Assembly: GCA_963575745.1 (NCBI GenBank)
Contig: CAUYUJ010000094.1
Coordinates: 62,001 to 118,363, forward strand
Length of the DNA: 56,363 nucleotides
Reading direction: 5' to 3'
Source: Prorocentrum cordatum
Taxonomy: Eukaryota
The stretch's first letter is position 1, and each line of letters begins with the position of its first letter. Of this stretch, positions 29,301-38,916 are shown in pieces. The notes below the pieces were generated by a model. The model was not told where the DNA came from and ran no database searches. It saw only the letters and a program-made list of their open reading frames with translations. The position numbers and the translations under genes were made by a program.

Positions 29301-29928
29301 CGGCGGTGGCACCCAGCGCCAAACCGCAAGATGGGAGTTCCATTGGCTTCCAGAGCCTGGCTTCCTCGTCCAGCGGTTCCTGACTTATCCAATGCCCTCA
29401 TCGTAGCTCGGGAGCGTCCAAGAGCGGGGCGTCCAAGAGGGGGGGGGGGGGGGCGCAAATCATGGCCGGCGGCATGTGCGCGGTCCAGGGGGCTGCCCGG
29501 GACGCATTGACATAAGAAGAGGCGCCATGAAACCTGGGGAGACATCATGGCCCCCGCCATGCTATCCAACCACCCCTGGTCATCTCACCCCCGGTGTCGG
29601 CTACACGCAAGAGTGACCCTGGGTACGAGTGACCTTTGGTGCGCGGCTTCGGGGGGCCGCGGGGTGGCCAAACACAAGCGCGCAAGACGCCACTGCCGCC
29701 TCGAGGTCAGCGATCGGGCCCCATTGGGCCCGCACCATCGAGGCCACTCTGGCGAAAGGTCACTCTCATACGTCTAATCGACAGTGGCCGCCCCCGGAAC
29801 CGCAGCTCTCGTCGCCCGACGCGGGCGCGCCGCCCGGGCTCCCGCACGAGCCCGTCCAGCCCGCTGTGCCGCGCGTCCCTCTGCAGGGCCGCCCTCCGCT
29901 GGGGGCCCACGGGCTCGTCCGCCGCGCC
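7598..29928 (-). CDS. Partial multi-exon gene, putative EF-hand-like protein (start and stop not located)
   Basis: About ten short high-GC3 exons join in frame: ..AALQRDAR|HDTDLTYRQFGARLQR|PLLPGLRCQIL|EEWHTNNP..EAQE|ERAARTAFLTPETVGGFVSK|VRTGLMMCRQEGVNDLFQRYDLFNSG|VLDLNTVFDILADRKLMPKDAE..|..TLKDIDDDQ|EWELQRFLCETFVDEGAEPGKQVSFR|GWEHFKRRHAAVPISCQEFLHLFHFLP. EF-hand-like loops DLFNSGVLDLNTV and DARHDTDLTYRQF each span a junction. Confidence 0.62.
8216..8399. mobile_element. MITE-like family A (TIR GTCGGGCATGTCCCCCTACAGG, AT-rich core). Other copies: 8900-9053, about 13545-13678, 14431-14568, 27526-27686, 53130-53279, 55873-56024; half copies at 11414, 12223 and 21723
   Basis: Perfect 14-bp TIR in this copy; 140-185 bp; many dispersed copies. 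Confidence 0.85.
9411..9489 (-). CDS. EF-hand-like gene exon (EWELQRFLCETFVDEGAEPGKQVSFR)
   Basis: ttcag|GAG acceptor, GAG|GC donor, high GC3; shares GAGGC with the acceptor at 7677. Confidence 0.7.
12055..12090 (-). CDS. EF-hand-like gene, candidate micro-exon (APPTLKDIDDDQ)
   Basis: CAG|GAG donor shares CAGGAG with the acceptor at 9489; GCGCCGCCG is shared in frame with 14741-14749. Confidence 0.35.
13760..14045 (+). repeat. Dispersed repeat family F. Copies at about 37400-37690 and 30004-30182
   Basis: Shared GAGCTCGACCAC..AAAACCATCGA..GGAGGCAAGC..TTGGCATGGGTTTCCAC blocks. Confidence 0.75.
14771..14836 (-). CDS. EF-hand-like gene exon (VLDLNTVFDILADRKLMPKDAE); 3' end uncertain, may extend to about 14741
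   Basis: caag|GTG acceptor; completes the EF-hand loop; GGTGC repeat with the upstream donor. Confidence 0.75.
15961..16080 (+). repeat. Dispersed repeat family L. Copies at about 31922-32090 and 50417-50580
   Basis: Shared ACCTCTGCTT..GCGACTG..AAACAGGCGCC.AA.ACAGCCA.GA.CTACTCCA. Confidence 0.7.
17841..18001. mobile_element. MITE-like family J (TIR GGGGTCG.AGGATCGCGCCG; CATCGGCGATG core). Other copies: 54644-54826, partial 32198-32270
   Basis: 20-bp TIRs in two full copies. Confidence 0.75.
18841..19089. mobile_element. MITE-like family E (TIR GTTGAC..GGGGTCCAGCTGAAAGGGGGTGGTGC). Second copy 53306-53534
   Basis: Two colinear copies of about 240 bp with about 40-bp TIRs and a TATTGCA-rich core. 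Confidence 0.8.
19783..19860 (-). CDS. EF-hand-like gene exon (VRTGLMMCRQEGVNDLFQRYDLFNSG)
   Basis: ccag|GTG acceptor, GGG|GT donor; LFQRYDLFNSG is the entering helix plus loop of an EF-hand. Confidence 0.75.
21784..21843 (-). CDS. EF-hand-like gene exon (ERAARTAFLTPETVGGFVSK)
   Basis: AG|G acceptor, AAG|GC donor, 60 nt phase 0, high GC3. Confidence 0.7.
22025..22675 (+). repeat. Two direct copies of a unit of about 285 bp (22025 and 22388)
   Basis: AGTCGGGACGTTGACCT..CTTCAGGGCCCCG.CTGTATGTC..ACGGATCAGCTGCGC in both. Confidence 0.85.
23444..23830 (+). repeat. Tandem repeat of about 53 bp (TTTCGCCTGAGACGTCCTCACAATTT..), about 7 decaying copies
   Basis: Visible periodicity with progressive divergence. 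Confidence 0.85.
24298..24655 (+). repeat. 11-bp minisatellite (GGTGTCCCGAT)n
   Basis: Visible periodicity. Confidence 0.9.
26330..27092 (+). repeat. (CCT)n/(GAG)n microsatellite, representative of more than 25 such tracts (e.g. 8515-8725, 41585-42100, 46915-47495, 51350-51970)
   Basis: Directly visible. Confidence 0.95.
27198..27301 (-). CDS. EF-hand-like gene exon (EEWHTNNPRTTSRRASSRRSSSTATSEDEGGEAQE)
   Basis: All full codons GC-ending; 10-bp boundary repeat GGAGGAGCGC shared with the acceptor at 21843. Confidence 0.65.
27714..27748 (-). CDS. EF-hand-like gene, candidate 35-nt micro-exon (PLLPGLRCQIL)
   Basis: gagag|GCCG acceptor with an 8-bp repeat; GA donor; restores frame between the 27901 and 27301 exons. 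Confidence 0.4.
27901..27948 (-). CDS. EF-hand-like gene, candidate exon (HDTDLTYRQFGARLQR)
   Basis: All codons GC-ending; GC donor; shares an AGAGGCCG boundary repeat with the next exon. Confidence 0.5.
28355..28480. mobile_element. MITE-like family C (TIR CATCGCTCGGACGT). Other copies: 28915-29043, 49627-49750
   Basis: Three copies of about 125 bp with inverted ends and a shared AGGATGCTCCT core. Confidence 0.7.
29870..29928 (-). CDS. EF-hand-like gene, candidate exon (GAADEPVGPQRRAALQRDAR)
   Basis: All codons GC-ending; cccag|GGC acceptor, though it may extend to about 29970 (RLVARL..); shares a CGGCAC repeat with the next exon. Confidence 0.45.
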
Positions 29929-31172
29929 CTGGGCCGCGGGGGCGACGGGCGGGAGACGGGCGACGAGGCGCTGCAGTGCGCGCCAGGGCGCGACCCCACA
30001 GTGGGAGCTCGACCACGAGGAGCCTTCCACAGGAAGCGCCCCACCCTGAGACCTCAGGACGTCCATCGGTTGGTTCCTGGTGCGGGAACGTCCAGCTTTC
30101 CCCAGCAAAACCATCGAAGCCCAAGAGACCCAGGGCATCCTGGAGGCAAGCGGGGTGTTTTTGTTGGCATGGGTTTCCACCATAGTGGGAGCGTAGCAGG
30201 GGGGGCTTGGCCCCTCAGATGAGCGACGATCGGAACCTTGTCTGACGCGAGATGGCATAGCGACCTTACGCCGCAGCTCACGCGGGCCGCCAAAGTGGCA
30301 CGCTGCACTGGAAGCGAGGGCGCTCACGCGCGACCTTACGCGGGAAGCTTGCGCGCGAAGTTCGGCGTCGTTGAACCAGCTTCCCGAAGTCGCTCAGATG
30401 GCGATGGGAAGCAGCACGTTCTTCCAGAGAGGTCAAGCGAAGTTGCCTCGCAGAAGATCGGGGTTCGAGCTCTCCGAGGGTCAAGGGTAGAGGGCCTCGC
30501 AAAGGCTCGAACGAAATTGCTTCGCAAAGGTCAACGAGCCGAGGTCAACGAGTTCCGAGCGCTTTTACCATCCAGTCGTAGACTACTGGCGTGGGGGCGA
30601 GGGCTGGAGGGGCAGCACAGCAGCTTGCAATCGAACATGGTCTCCAACTGCAACCTGCGCTGGTGCACCGACCTATCGGTACCCTCGCGGTTACAAGCCG
30701 ATGCTTCTTGCCACTGCGAGCCGAGGGCCACAACGAGGCCCTGCGGCAGCTCTCAATTTCGAGATCAGGCCGAAAAGCGGGGGCAGAGGGGGAGGAGAGC
30801 TCAGCATCGAAATGAGAAGTCGGATCGGCGATGGATATGAGTCGGACCGGCGGAAATCGGCAGCCGAGCCGGGAGAAGTCGAATCGGGGGAAATCGCCAG
30901 TCTGGCGGGCCTGCAATGAGAAATCGGACGCCTCCATTGAGATAACGGAACCAAATTTCGGAATCCAAAGTCGGCTCGGATCGGGATCGGAAGCCATCGA
31001 GATCGAGCCGAACCGAATCGGAGGCATCGAAGTGGGCCCTGGGGGGGGGCGAGGTACGAGGTCGTGAAGATCGGCGGAGCTCGAGGTCGTCGTCGTGGCC
31101 GCCCCCATCCTCGATCCTCGCTCCCTCTCCCCCTCGATCCTTGTTCCACTTCTTCCTGGATCCTCGTCCTTG

Positions 31173-31368
31173 GAAGAAGAAAAAGCCATAAGCATAAACT
31201 GTTGGCGCTCTTCGCGGACTTCTCGGATCTGGCCTGGACCCCCCGGCCCTGGCGCGCGAAGCGCGCCAGGGGCGGCGCCGGAGGCGCTGCCCAGGGGGGC
31301 CCCTGCGCGGATCCAAGGAATCCGCGCGGAGCGCCGACAGTTTATGTTTATGCCGTTTTTTCTTCTTC
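31173..31368. mobile_element. MITE-like family B (long TIR GAAGAAG..CATAAACTGTTGGCGCTC..GCGGA..TCGGATC). Other copies: about 6898-7058, 9062-9340, 29070-29210, 47865-47982, 55692-56060
   Basis: Long imperfect inverted termini with an internal CCCTGGCGCGC/GCGCGCCAGGG hairpin. Confidence 0.85.
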
Positions 31369-34021
31369 GAGTCTCCCCCTCGATTCTCGATCCTCGGTCC
31401 ACTTCTTCCTGGATCCTCGTCCTCCTTGATCCTCGAGCTCCTCCTCCGCCGCCTCGTGTTCCTCGGCTCCCGAACCCCGAGGTGTGCCCGCGCCGGCAGG
31501 GGGGGGGAAGATCTTCAGCAAGCTGAAGAATATGCTTATCCCCGTGCTTGGCATCGCCTTATCTCGATGCCGATCTCAGGTATTTCCTCTGGTTCCGAGG
31601 GCGCACCCGTAAGATTGCTATCGCCTGTTTTGTCTTGTCAATCTTAGGGGTAGGGATAAGATCGAGGCTGGTTCGAAGAGGGGAGGCGGAGGCGCGCTGC
31701 GCGCAGGTCGCCAGGAGACGGGCCCTGCCATCGTGCCCGCCTCGCGCGGCCTCCCCCCCCCGGAGACGGGCGGCATGCCGGGGCCCGGCCAAAGCGGTGC
31801 TTCTCGTGCTCGTTGGGCGTGCGCTCTCCCTCGCTGTGTCTCCCATCCGCCACTGCTGCAAGTGAGCGCTTGCTCCTTCGGCGCTTAGACATTGAGCGGA
31901 AGGGGGGGGGAGAGGGGATGGTCTGGCTCCGGACCTCTGCTTAGCGAGACTGTTCGGAACAGTGCTGCTGGGGAACCCTAAGGAGAGCCACCCACCTGCT
32001 TGAAACAGGCGCCCAAAACAGCCACGATCTACTCCATGGGGGGGAGGAAGGACGCGGGGTGCGAGAGCCCGCGCCGATCGGCGAAACAATTAATAAGAAA
32101 ACGTGATAACCAAGACGACGTCGAAGCGAAAACAGTGTTCTTCGTATTCGTTCTGTCTCTTCGCTTTTAGAGGCCTCTTAGATGGGGTCCGAGTAGATGG
32201 GGACGGAGGATCGCGCCGCATGGACGATACATCAGCGATGCATCGGCGATGCATCGGCGAGGCATCGTCGTCCTCCTCCTCCTCCTCCTCCTCCTCCCCT
32301 TCCTCCTCCTCCTCCTCCTCCTCCTCCTCCTCCTCCTCCTCCTCCTCCTCCTCCTCCTCCTCCTCCTCCTCCTCCTCCCCCTCCGACGCGAGCACGGCCC
32401 GGGGCGCCGCCCGGAAAGCACCGTCCGGGTCGGCCCCTGCGGCGTGCGCGGCCGGGGGAGCGGCGCAGAGCGCGGAGAGCGGGGCCGCCTGCGGGCCCGC
32501 ACGGGCGGCCCCGGGGAAGGGACGGGCCGCGAGGGCGGACGGGTCCGGGGGAGGGGCTGATGGGCCGAGCTTCCACCACCACTACCACAGCAGGAGAGGG
32601 AGGAGGAGGAGGAGGAGGAGGAGGAGGAGGAGGAGGAGGAGGAGGAGGAGGAGGAGGAGGAGAAGGAGGAGGAGGAGGAGGAGGAGGAGCAGGAGGAGGA
32701 GGAGGAGGATCTCCCCGTTTCCCCTTTCTCCCCCGTTCCACATGTGGTAGTTGTGGTGGAGAACTGGCCCATCGGGGGCGAGCCTCAAGGTCTGCAGGGG
32801 TCTCGCCAGCAGACCTAGGCGAGCGAAAGGCCGCGGGAGGACGGACCGGGAAGCCCACCCTCCTGCTGGACCAGGCACCAGGCAGCTGCACCGCAGCGGC
32901 GGGCAGGCCATGCGAGACTAGTGGCCTGGCAAGGAGGCGAAAACCCTGGTAGGAAAAGGAGGGCAGAGACAGAGAGAGAGAGAGAAACATAGAGACACAC
33001 ACACACACAGACAGGCAGAGATAACCACAGCTACCGAGAGAAACAGACATATGTAGAGAGAGAGAGAGAGAGAGAACAAAAACAGAGAGAGATGCAGAGA
33101 TACACAAGGAGAGAAAGAGATATACAAGGAGAGAAGGAGAAAGAGAGAGGGACAGAGAGAGAGAGAGAAGAGCGATAGAGAGAGAGAGAGAGAGAACGAT
33201 AGAGAGAGAGAGAGAGAGAAAACACAACACAAGACAGAGGGAGAGAAAGAGACTTCTCCTCCTCCTCCTCCTCCTCCTCCTCCTGCTCAAGCCCTGCCCC
33301 CTCCTCACCTGTGGAGGCAGGGCGGGGAAGGGGGGAGGGGAGCCCCTTTTTGCGCCAGGGCGGCAGGGGCGCCGCGCTCTCGCGGAAGGAGGCCCGCCCA
33401 GACCGGAGCGGGGCCGCAGCAGAGTATTGTGCCTGCCGCGGCGGGCAGGCGGAAGGGAGGGGGGAGACTGGGCCGAGCGTGGTGGGCCTGTTTTCCACCA
33501 CCACCACCATAAGCTGGAGGGGGGGAGGGGGAGGAGGAGGAGGAGGAGGAGGAGGAGGAGGAGGAGGAGGAGGAGGAGGGAGGAGGAGGAGGAGGAGGAG
33601 GAGGAGGAGGAGGAGGAGGAGGGACCCCTTCCCCCTCCAACTTATGGTGGTGGTGGTGGTGGAAAAGAGGCCCATCAGAGAGGGGAACTGGTGGCGAGAA
33701 AGAGAGCTCGCGGTGAGCCAAAGGGGCCGAGAGAGGGCAGGGGGGGGGGGGGGCTGGCGGTGAGCGAACGGGCCCCGAGAGGGGAGCTGGCGGCGAGGAG
33801 AAGGGGAGCGGGCGGTGAGCAGAAGGGCCGCGACAGGGCAGGGGGGGGCTGGCTGTGAGCGAACGGGCCGAGATCGACAGGCGCGGCCTCAGTAGAAAAC
33901 GGGGAGCTGCTCAGAGGGGGGCCCGCCGCTCGAAGGCCAGAAGCTCCACCGAATCTTCCACAGTGAGGGAGCACATGCCTGGGATATCGTCATTCGAACG
34001 ACTACGGGCTAGTAGGCCCGA

Positions 34022-34330
34022 TTGAAGGAAGGGCCCGTAGACCGGATTCGGCCAGATGAAGCCTGGGATGAAGCCGGACTTGGCGGGCTTTGGCCATACG
34101 CTAAGCAACACTACGCGGGATTATGGCGGATGACGCTGGTTTCCAGCCGCGGACATACCAGTGCTGGTGCTCGATTGAACCTCCCAGGAATTGCATCCCA
34201 ACCAGTGGGCGGCGAGGCCTTCTTACAAGCCCCCCTTCTCGACCCTGCCACCCTTCACGCAGACGGCAGCTGTGCACCACCACCGTGCCTGGCAAGGGCA
34301 TGTCTGGGCCCTGGCATTGTGTACGCGCTC
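34022..34330 (+). pseudogene. Possible degenerate RNase H-like fragment of a retroelement
   Basis: ..DPATLHADGSCAPPPCLARA.. resembles the DGSC..ARAG motif at the start of retroelement RNase H; truncated by (CTC)n. Confidence 0.35.
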
Positions 34331-34372
34331 CTCCTCCTCCTCCTCCTCCTCCTCCTCCTCCTCCTCCTCCTC

Positions 34373-34424
34373 CTGGCCGAGGCCAACGAGGCCTATGTGC
34401 ACCATCCTGGGGCGCAGGATGGCC
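34373..34424 (-). CDS. Candidate exon (AILRPRMVHIGLVGLGQ), gene unassigned
   Basis: ccag|G acceptor, CAG|GA donor, high GC3; 17/18-bp repeat with a donor-like site at 36131. Strand is not certain because the repeat core is palindromic. Confidence 0.4.
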
Positions 34425-34498
34425 CTGGCCAGGCACGGGGGTAGTGTATCGATGCCCTCTGCGGACCCATGTGCGCACCGCCGAGGCGAGGAGGAATG

Positions 34499-34978
<480 letters not shown>

Positions 34979-35851
34979 GGGGGGGGGCGCCTGCGCAGCG
35001 GGGGGGGGGACACCGAGCTCGAATCGGCGATGCATCGCTCCTAGATCTGCGACAGACGACGCATCGCCTCTAGATCGGCGATGTCTCGGCCCCCGACAGC
35101 GAGATCCGAAGGTTCCTGGGTGGCGTGTGCGCTGGGGCCCACACTGGCGATTCATGGAGTGGGCGATTGGATGTCGATGCACACACACACACCTACTGCG
35201 ATCCAAGGTCTGCGAGCAGGAAGGGGCAAGCCAAACACGCGCTCAAGCAGACTCGAGGGAGAAAGGGGAGGGAGGGAGCAAGAGAGGAGGGCGGAGAGGG
35301 AGAGAGAAAGCGTTCCCCACCCCAGCTCCTGCGGTCCGTCTCCGCCATGTCACCCGCAGCCCCCCCTAAGCCCTTAGCATATGCCCCTGCCGTTGCCCTT
35401 GACGCAAGAGTGGCCCTGGGCAAGAACGACCTCTGTGGGGCGGCTTTGGGGGGCCGCGGGGAGGCGAAACACAAGCGCGCCAACCAGTGCTGGGGGGAAC
35501 GTCTCAGGGCGGACGACAGGGGCAGATAGACCAGGGGCGGGCGTTACACGCATTCGCCCGGGGATCCTCGTCGAAGCCATGTTCGATCGGAGGCTCTGGA
35601 TGCATGTACTGCTCTCCTCCCTGGACGGTTCGCCCCTGCAGCCGCCTCCGAACACTTCTATAGGGGCCCGCACCAAAGGTCACTCCGTCGAAGGGCCTCT
35701 CTTGCGCGGTTGAGACGATGCCGGCTCGAAAGCGGCCCCCGACCGCGGACCCCGCGCGGGGGTCCACAAGCACCATTTGCCCGCGCCGCCCAGGCCGATC
35801 CTGGGCCCAGGACCCTCGCGTGTGCCGCCCTGGCCCGGCCAGGGAGGTACA

Positions 35852-35916
<65 letters not shown>

Positions 35917-35929
35917 GCACGCACACGCA

Positions 35930-35961
<32 letters not shown>

Positions 35962-35981
35962 TGCACGCACGCACACACACA

Positions 35982-36025
<44 letters not shown>

Positions 36026-36073
36026 GACAGACACGCACGCACACAGACAGACACACAGACACACAGACACACA

Positions 36074-36109
<36 letters not shown>

Positions 36110-36379
36110 GACGCGTGGCCAAGGATGGGCCTGGCCAGGATCAGCGCAGGTCCACATGGCTGGGCCCCCCCCCCGAGGCGAGGAGGGAGGGGAGGAGGAG
36201 GGGAGGAGCATCTACGAGAGGGCAGAGGGCCCCTCAGAGGGGAGAGCGGCCCTCCCTGAAGGCCTCGAGGATGGCTCCTCTTGGAGCCTTCGAGTGCAGG
36301 AGAAGCTAGCAGTGGCGGGGTGTCTTCTGAGAAGCACCGCCCTTCCCCCCTCGCTGGAGGAGGGAGGGGGGAGGGGGAG

Positions 36380-36603
36380 GGTCGGGGATCTTCTGACCCG
36401 GGTCAATCCAAACCCGGGTCAATCGGGCCTTGCAGGATCCTGCAAGATCCTGCACCCAAACCCGGGTCAATGCGAAGGATCCTGCGAGACCCTGCAGGAT
36501 CCTGCACCCAAACCCGGGTCAATGCGACCCTGGCCCTGGCCCTGCAGGATAGTGCAAGATCGGGGCGCTCTGGCTGGCCTCCGTTTGCATTGACCCCAGT
36601 CTC
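36380..36603 (+). repeat. Dispersed repeat with internal ACCCGGGTCA/GCAGGATCCTGC units. Second copy at about 52751-52985
   Basis: Both begin GTCGGGGATCTTCTGACC.GGGTCAATCCA and end CCGTTTGCATTGAC. Confidence 0.75.
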
Positions 36604-38120
36604 AAGTCGGAGAGACGTAAGACTTGGGTACGGGGGACTCGGGTTGGCCCGACAGGGCCATCATAAAAATGACGAGGCCCAATCTGAAATTTGACGCGAG
36701 CTCCCGCTGCAGACATCCCACGAAAACTGGACCGTCAAAATCCAGGACGCGCTCGTCAAAAAAACGTCGGCAAACCCGAGTTCCGGCTTACTCGGGTCTT
36801 GCGCTCCCCCGATCAAGGCTCCCGAGAGGAGGGAAAGATGAGGCGCCCGGCCGTCGTGGCGAGCCCAACGGCAAGAGAAGGATGGGGGCACGGATCGGTG
36901 GCAGCCGGATCGGCAGAACGCCCCGGCAGATCGCGGCGGGGGAGGGGAGGCGGAGCTGGGAGGTGGAATGCCGCCCCCCCCTCATCTGATCCCCTCCCTG
37001 GATGTGTCGCCGTGCATGTCTTTCTAGCGTGCTGTCTCTGGCATTGCGTGTCTGCTTTTTCCCAGTCGACTTCAGGTTGTTGGCCGGCGGCGCCAGTTTC
37101 CCACCTCGCGTGCCACAAGCTTGCATTCCACTCTTGACTTGGACGCGCCGTGCGACCGCCAGCGCAGGAGACCCATAGAAGCGACGCTCCCCCCCAAAAA
37201 ACTGGAGCGGGTGGTTTTGGGCTCTTTTCGGTCTCTGGGGGCCCTCGCCGGGCTTCGGGAGCGCCAGAAAGCGACTCGGGCCGAAGCACCGGAGCCGGGG
37301 AAGTGCTCCAGACCTCCGGACCTCGCGCATCGAAAATATTGGAGCAGCCGGGTGTCTGGGGAAGTACAGTAGAGGCGCAGGCAGACGAGGAGCGCGTGGG
37401 CAAGAGAGCGAAGACGCAGGCAGACGAGGAGCGCGTGGGCGGGAGGCCAGGGCCAGCAGAAGATGGAGGACGGGGGGATGACAAAGACAAGATGACAGAG
37501 AGGGTGCGTAGGTACAGTAGCAGCTCGACTACAAGAAACCTTCCACCGGAAACCCAACCATGAGACCCCAGGAAACCCACTGATTTTTGATGTGGAAACG
37601 TCGCGCTCTCCATCGCAAAACCATCGAAATCCAAAAAGTCCAGGGCACCCTAGAGGCAAGCAGGGTGTTTCTTGGCATGGGTCTCCACTTTAGTATTGGA
37701 GCCGGGCGGTTTGACACACTGGGAGCTCAAGATCACTCCCCGGACCCCTCCCAGCCTCACCCCGTCCTGCGCGCCGCCGAGGCTCTGTGTGGGCCAGTGC
37801 GGAAGGCGAAAGACAAAAAGAGGTCCGCGCAGGCAGAAGCACGACGCCGTTAAGACACGCGACTGGAAAGATCGACCCCTCTGTGAGGGTCCTGACGCCC
37901 GAACGACACAAAGAGGTCCACGCAGGCAAAATCACGACGTCGTTAAAAACACGCGACGGGAACGATCGACCCCTCCGTGAGTCCTGGCGCCCGAAATGGG
38001 ATGAGACAAAGGCCGCAACGGCATGCCTGACGTCGCGTGTGTGTGTGTATGTGTGTACGTGTACGTGTACGTGTGTGTGCGTGCGTGCGTGCGTGCGTGT
38101 GCGTTTTTGTATATGTGTGC

Positions 38121-38153
<33 letters not shown>

Positions 38154-38683
38154 GGTGTGTGTTGGTGTGTGTGTGTGTGCGTGCGTGCGTGTGTGAATGT
38201 GTGTGTGTGTGCGTGAATGTGTGTGTGTGTGCGTGAATGTGTGTGTGTGCGTGTACGTGTGTGTGCGTGCGTGCGTGCGTGCGTGCGTGCGTGTGCGTTG
38301 TTGTATATGTGTGCGTGTGTGCGCGTGTGTGTGTGTGTGTTGGTGTGTGTGCGTGTGTGAATGCGTGTGTGCGTGAATGTGTGTGTACGTGCGTGCGTGT
38401 GCGTGTGTGTATGTGTGTGCGTGTGTTTATGTGTGTGTGCGTGTGTTTGTGTGCGTTGGTGTGTTGGTGTGTGAGGGTGTTGTGCTATGGTGATCGAATG
38501 TCAGGGGAGGCACCGGAGGAGCGGAGGATCTCGCTCGACCGAACATGGCAACGCCCTGGGATGCGCACCGACGGCCCCCTGGAGGTGGTCCTGCCTGCCC
38601 TCCGCAGGCACCGAGGGTGCTACGGGGTGCTCCCAACGCTGCGGATCGAACCAGGCGACACTACACTTTGGAAGACAACTCGC

Positions 38684-38806
38684 TCAGAGGCCCTCAGCCC
38701 GGAAGTTGGGGAGCTCGGGCTTCTGCGCGGGCGCGAAGCTGGCAGCCACCGCGCCGATGTAGGACAAGTCGGGGAAGTTTTCCTTCAAGTACGCGTTCCC
38801 GCGCTC
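38684..38806 (-). CDS. Cyclophilin exon 6 (terminal, TGA stop)
   Basis: [15 protein letters not shown] continues the QGEIQ of exon 5; ttcag|GAG acceptor. A further 3' intron cannot be excluded. Confidence 0.88.
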   Translation of the reverse strand, partial: ERGNAYLKENFPDLSYIGAVAASFAPAQKPELPNFRAEGL

Positions 38807-38883
38807 CTGAACCCTCCACGTCAGACTGCTCCTCCTCCTCCTCGTCCTTCTCCTCCTCCTCCTCGTCCTCCTCGTCTCTCGTC

Positions 38884-38916
<33 letters not shown>

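Noticed and set aside
30238..30840. 200-aa plus-strand ORF in unique sequence
   Set aside because: No recognisable motif, weak codon bias, and opposite strand to the genes.
31690..31760. Candidate exon ..RLLATCAQR joined to LVARL by a GCAGCGC repeat
   Set aside because: A GC-rich repeat is easily matched by chance, and no register gives both a G-starting donor and an AG acceptor.
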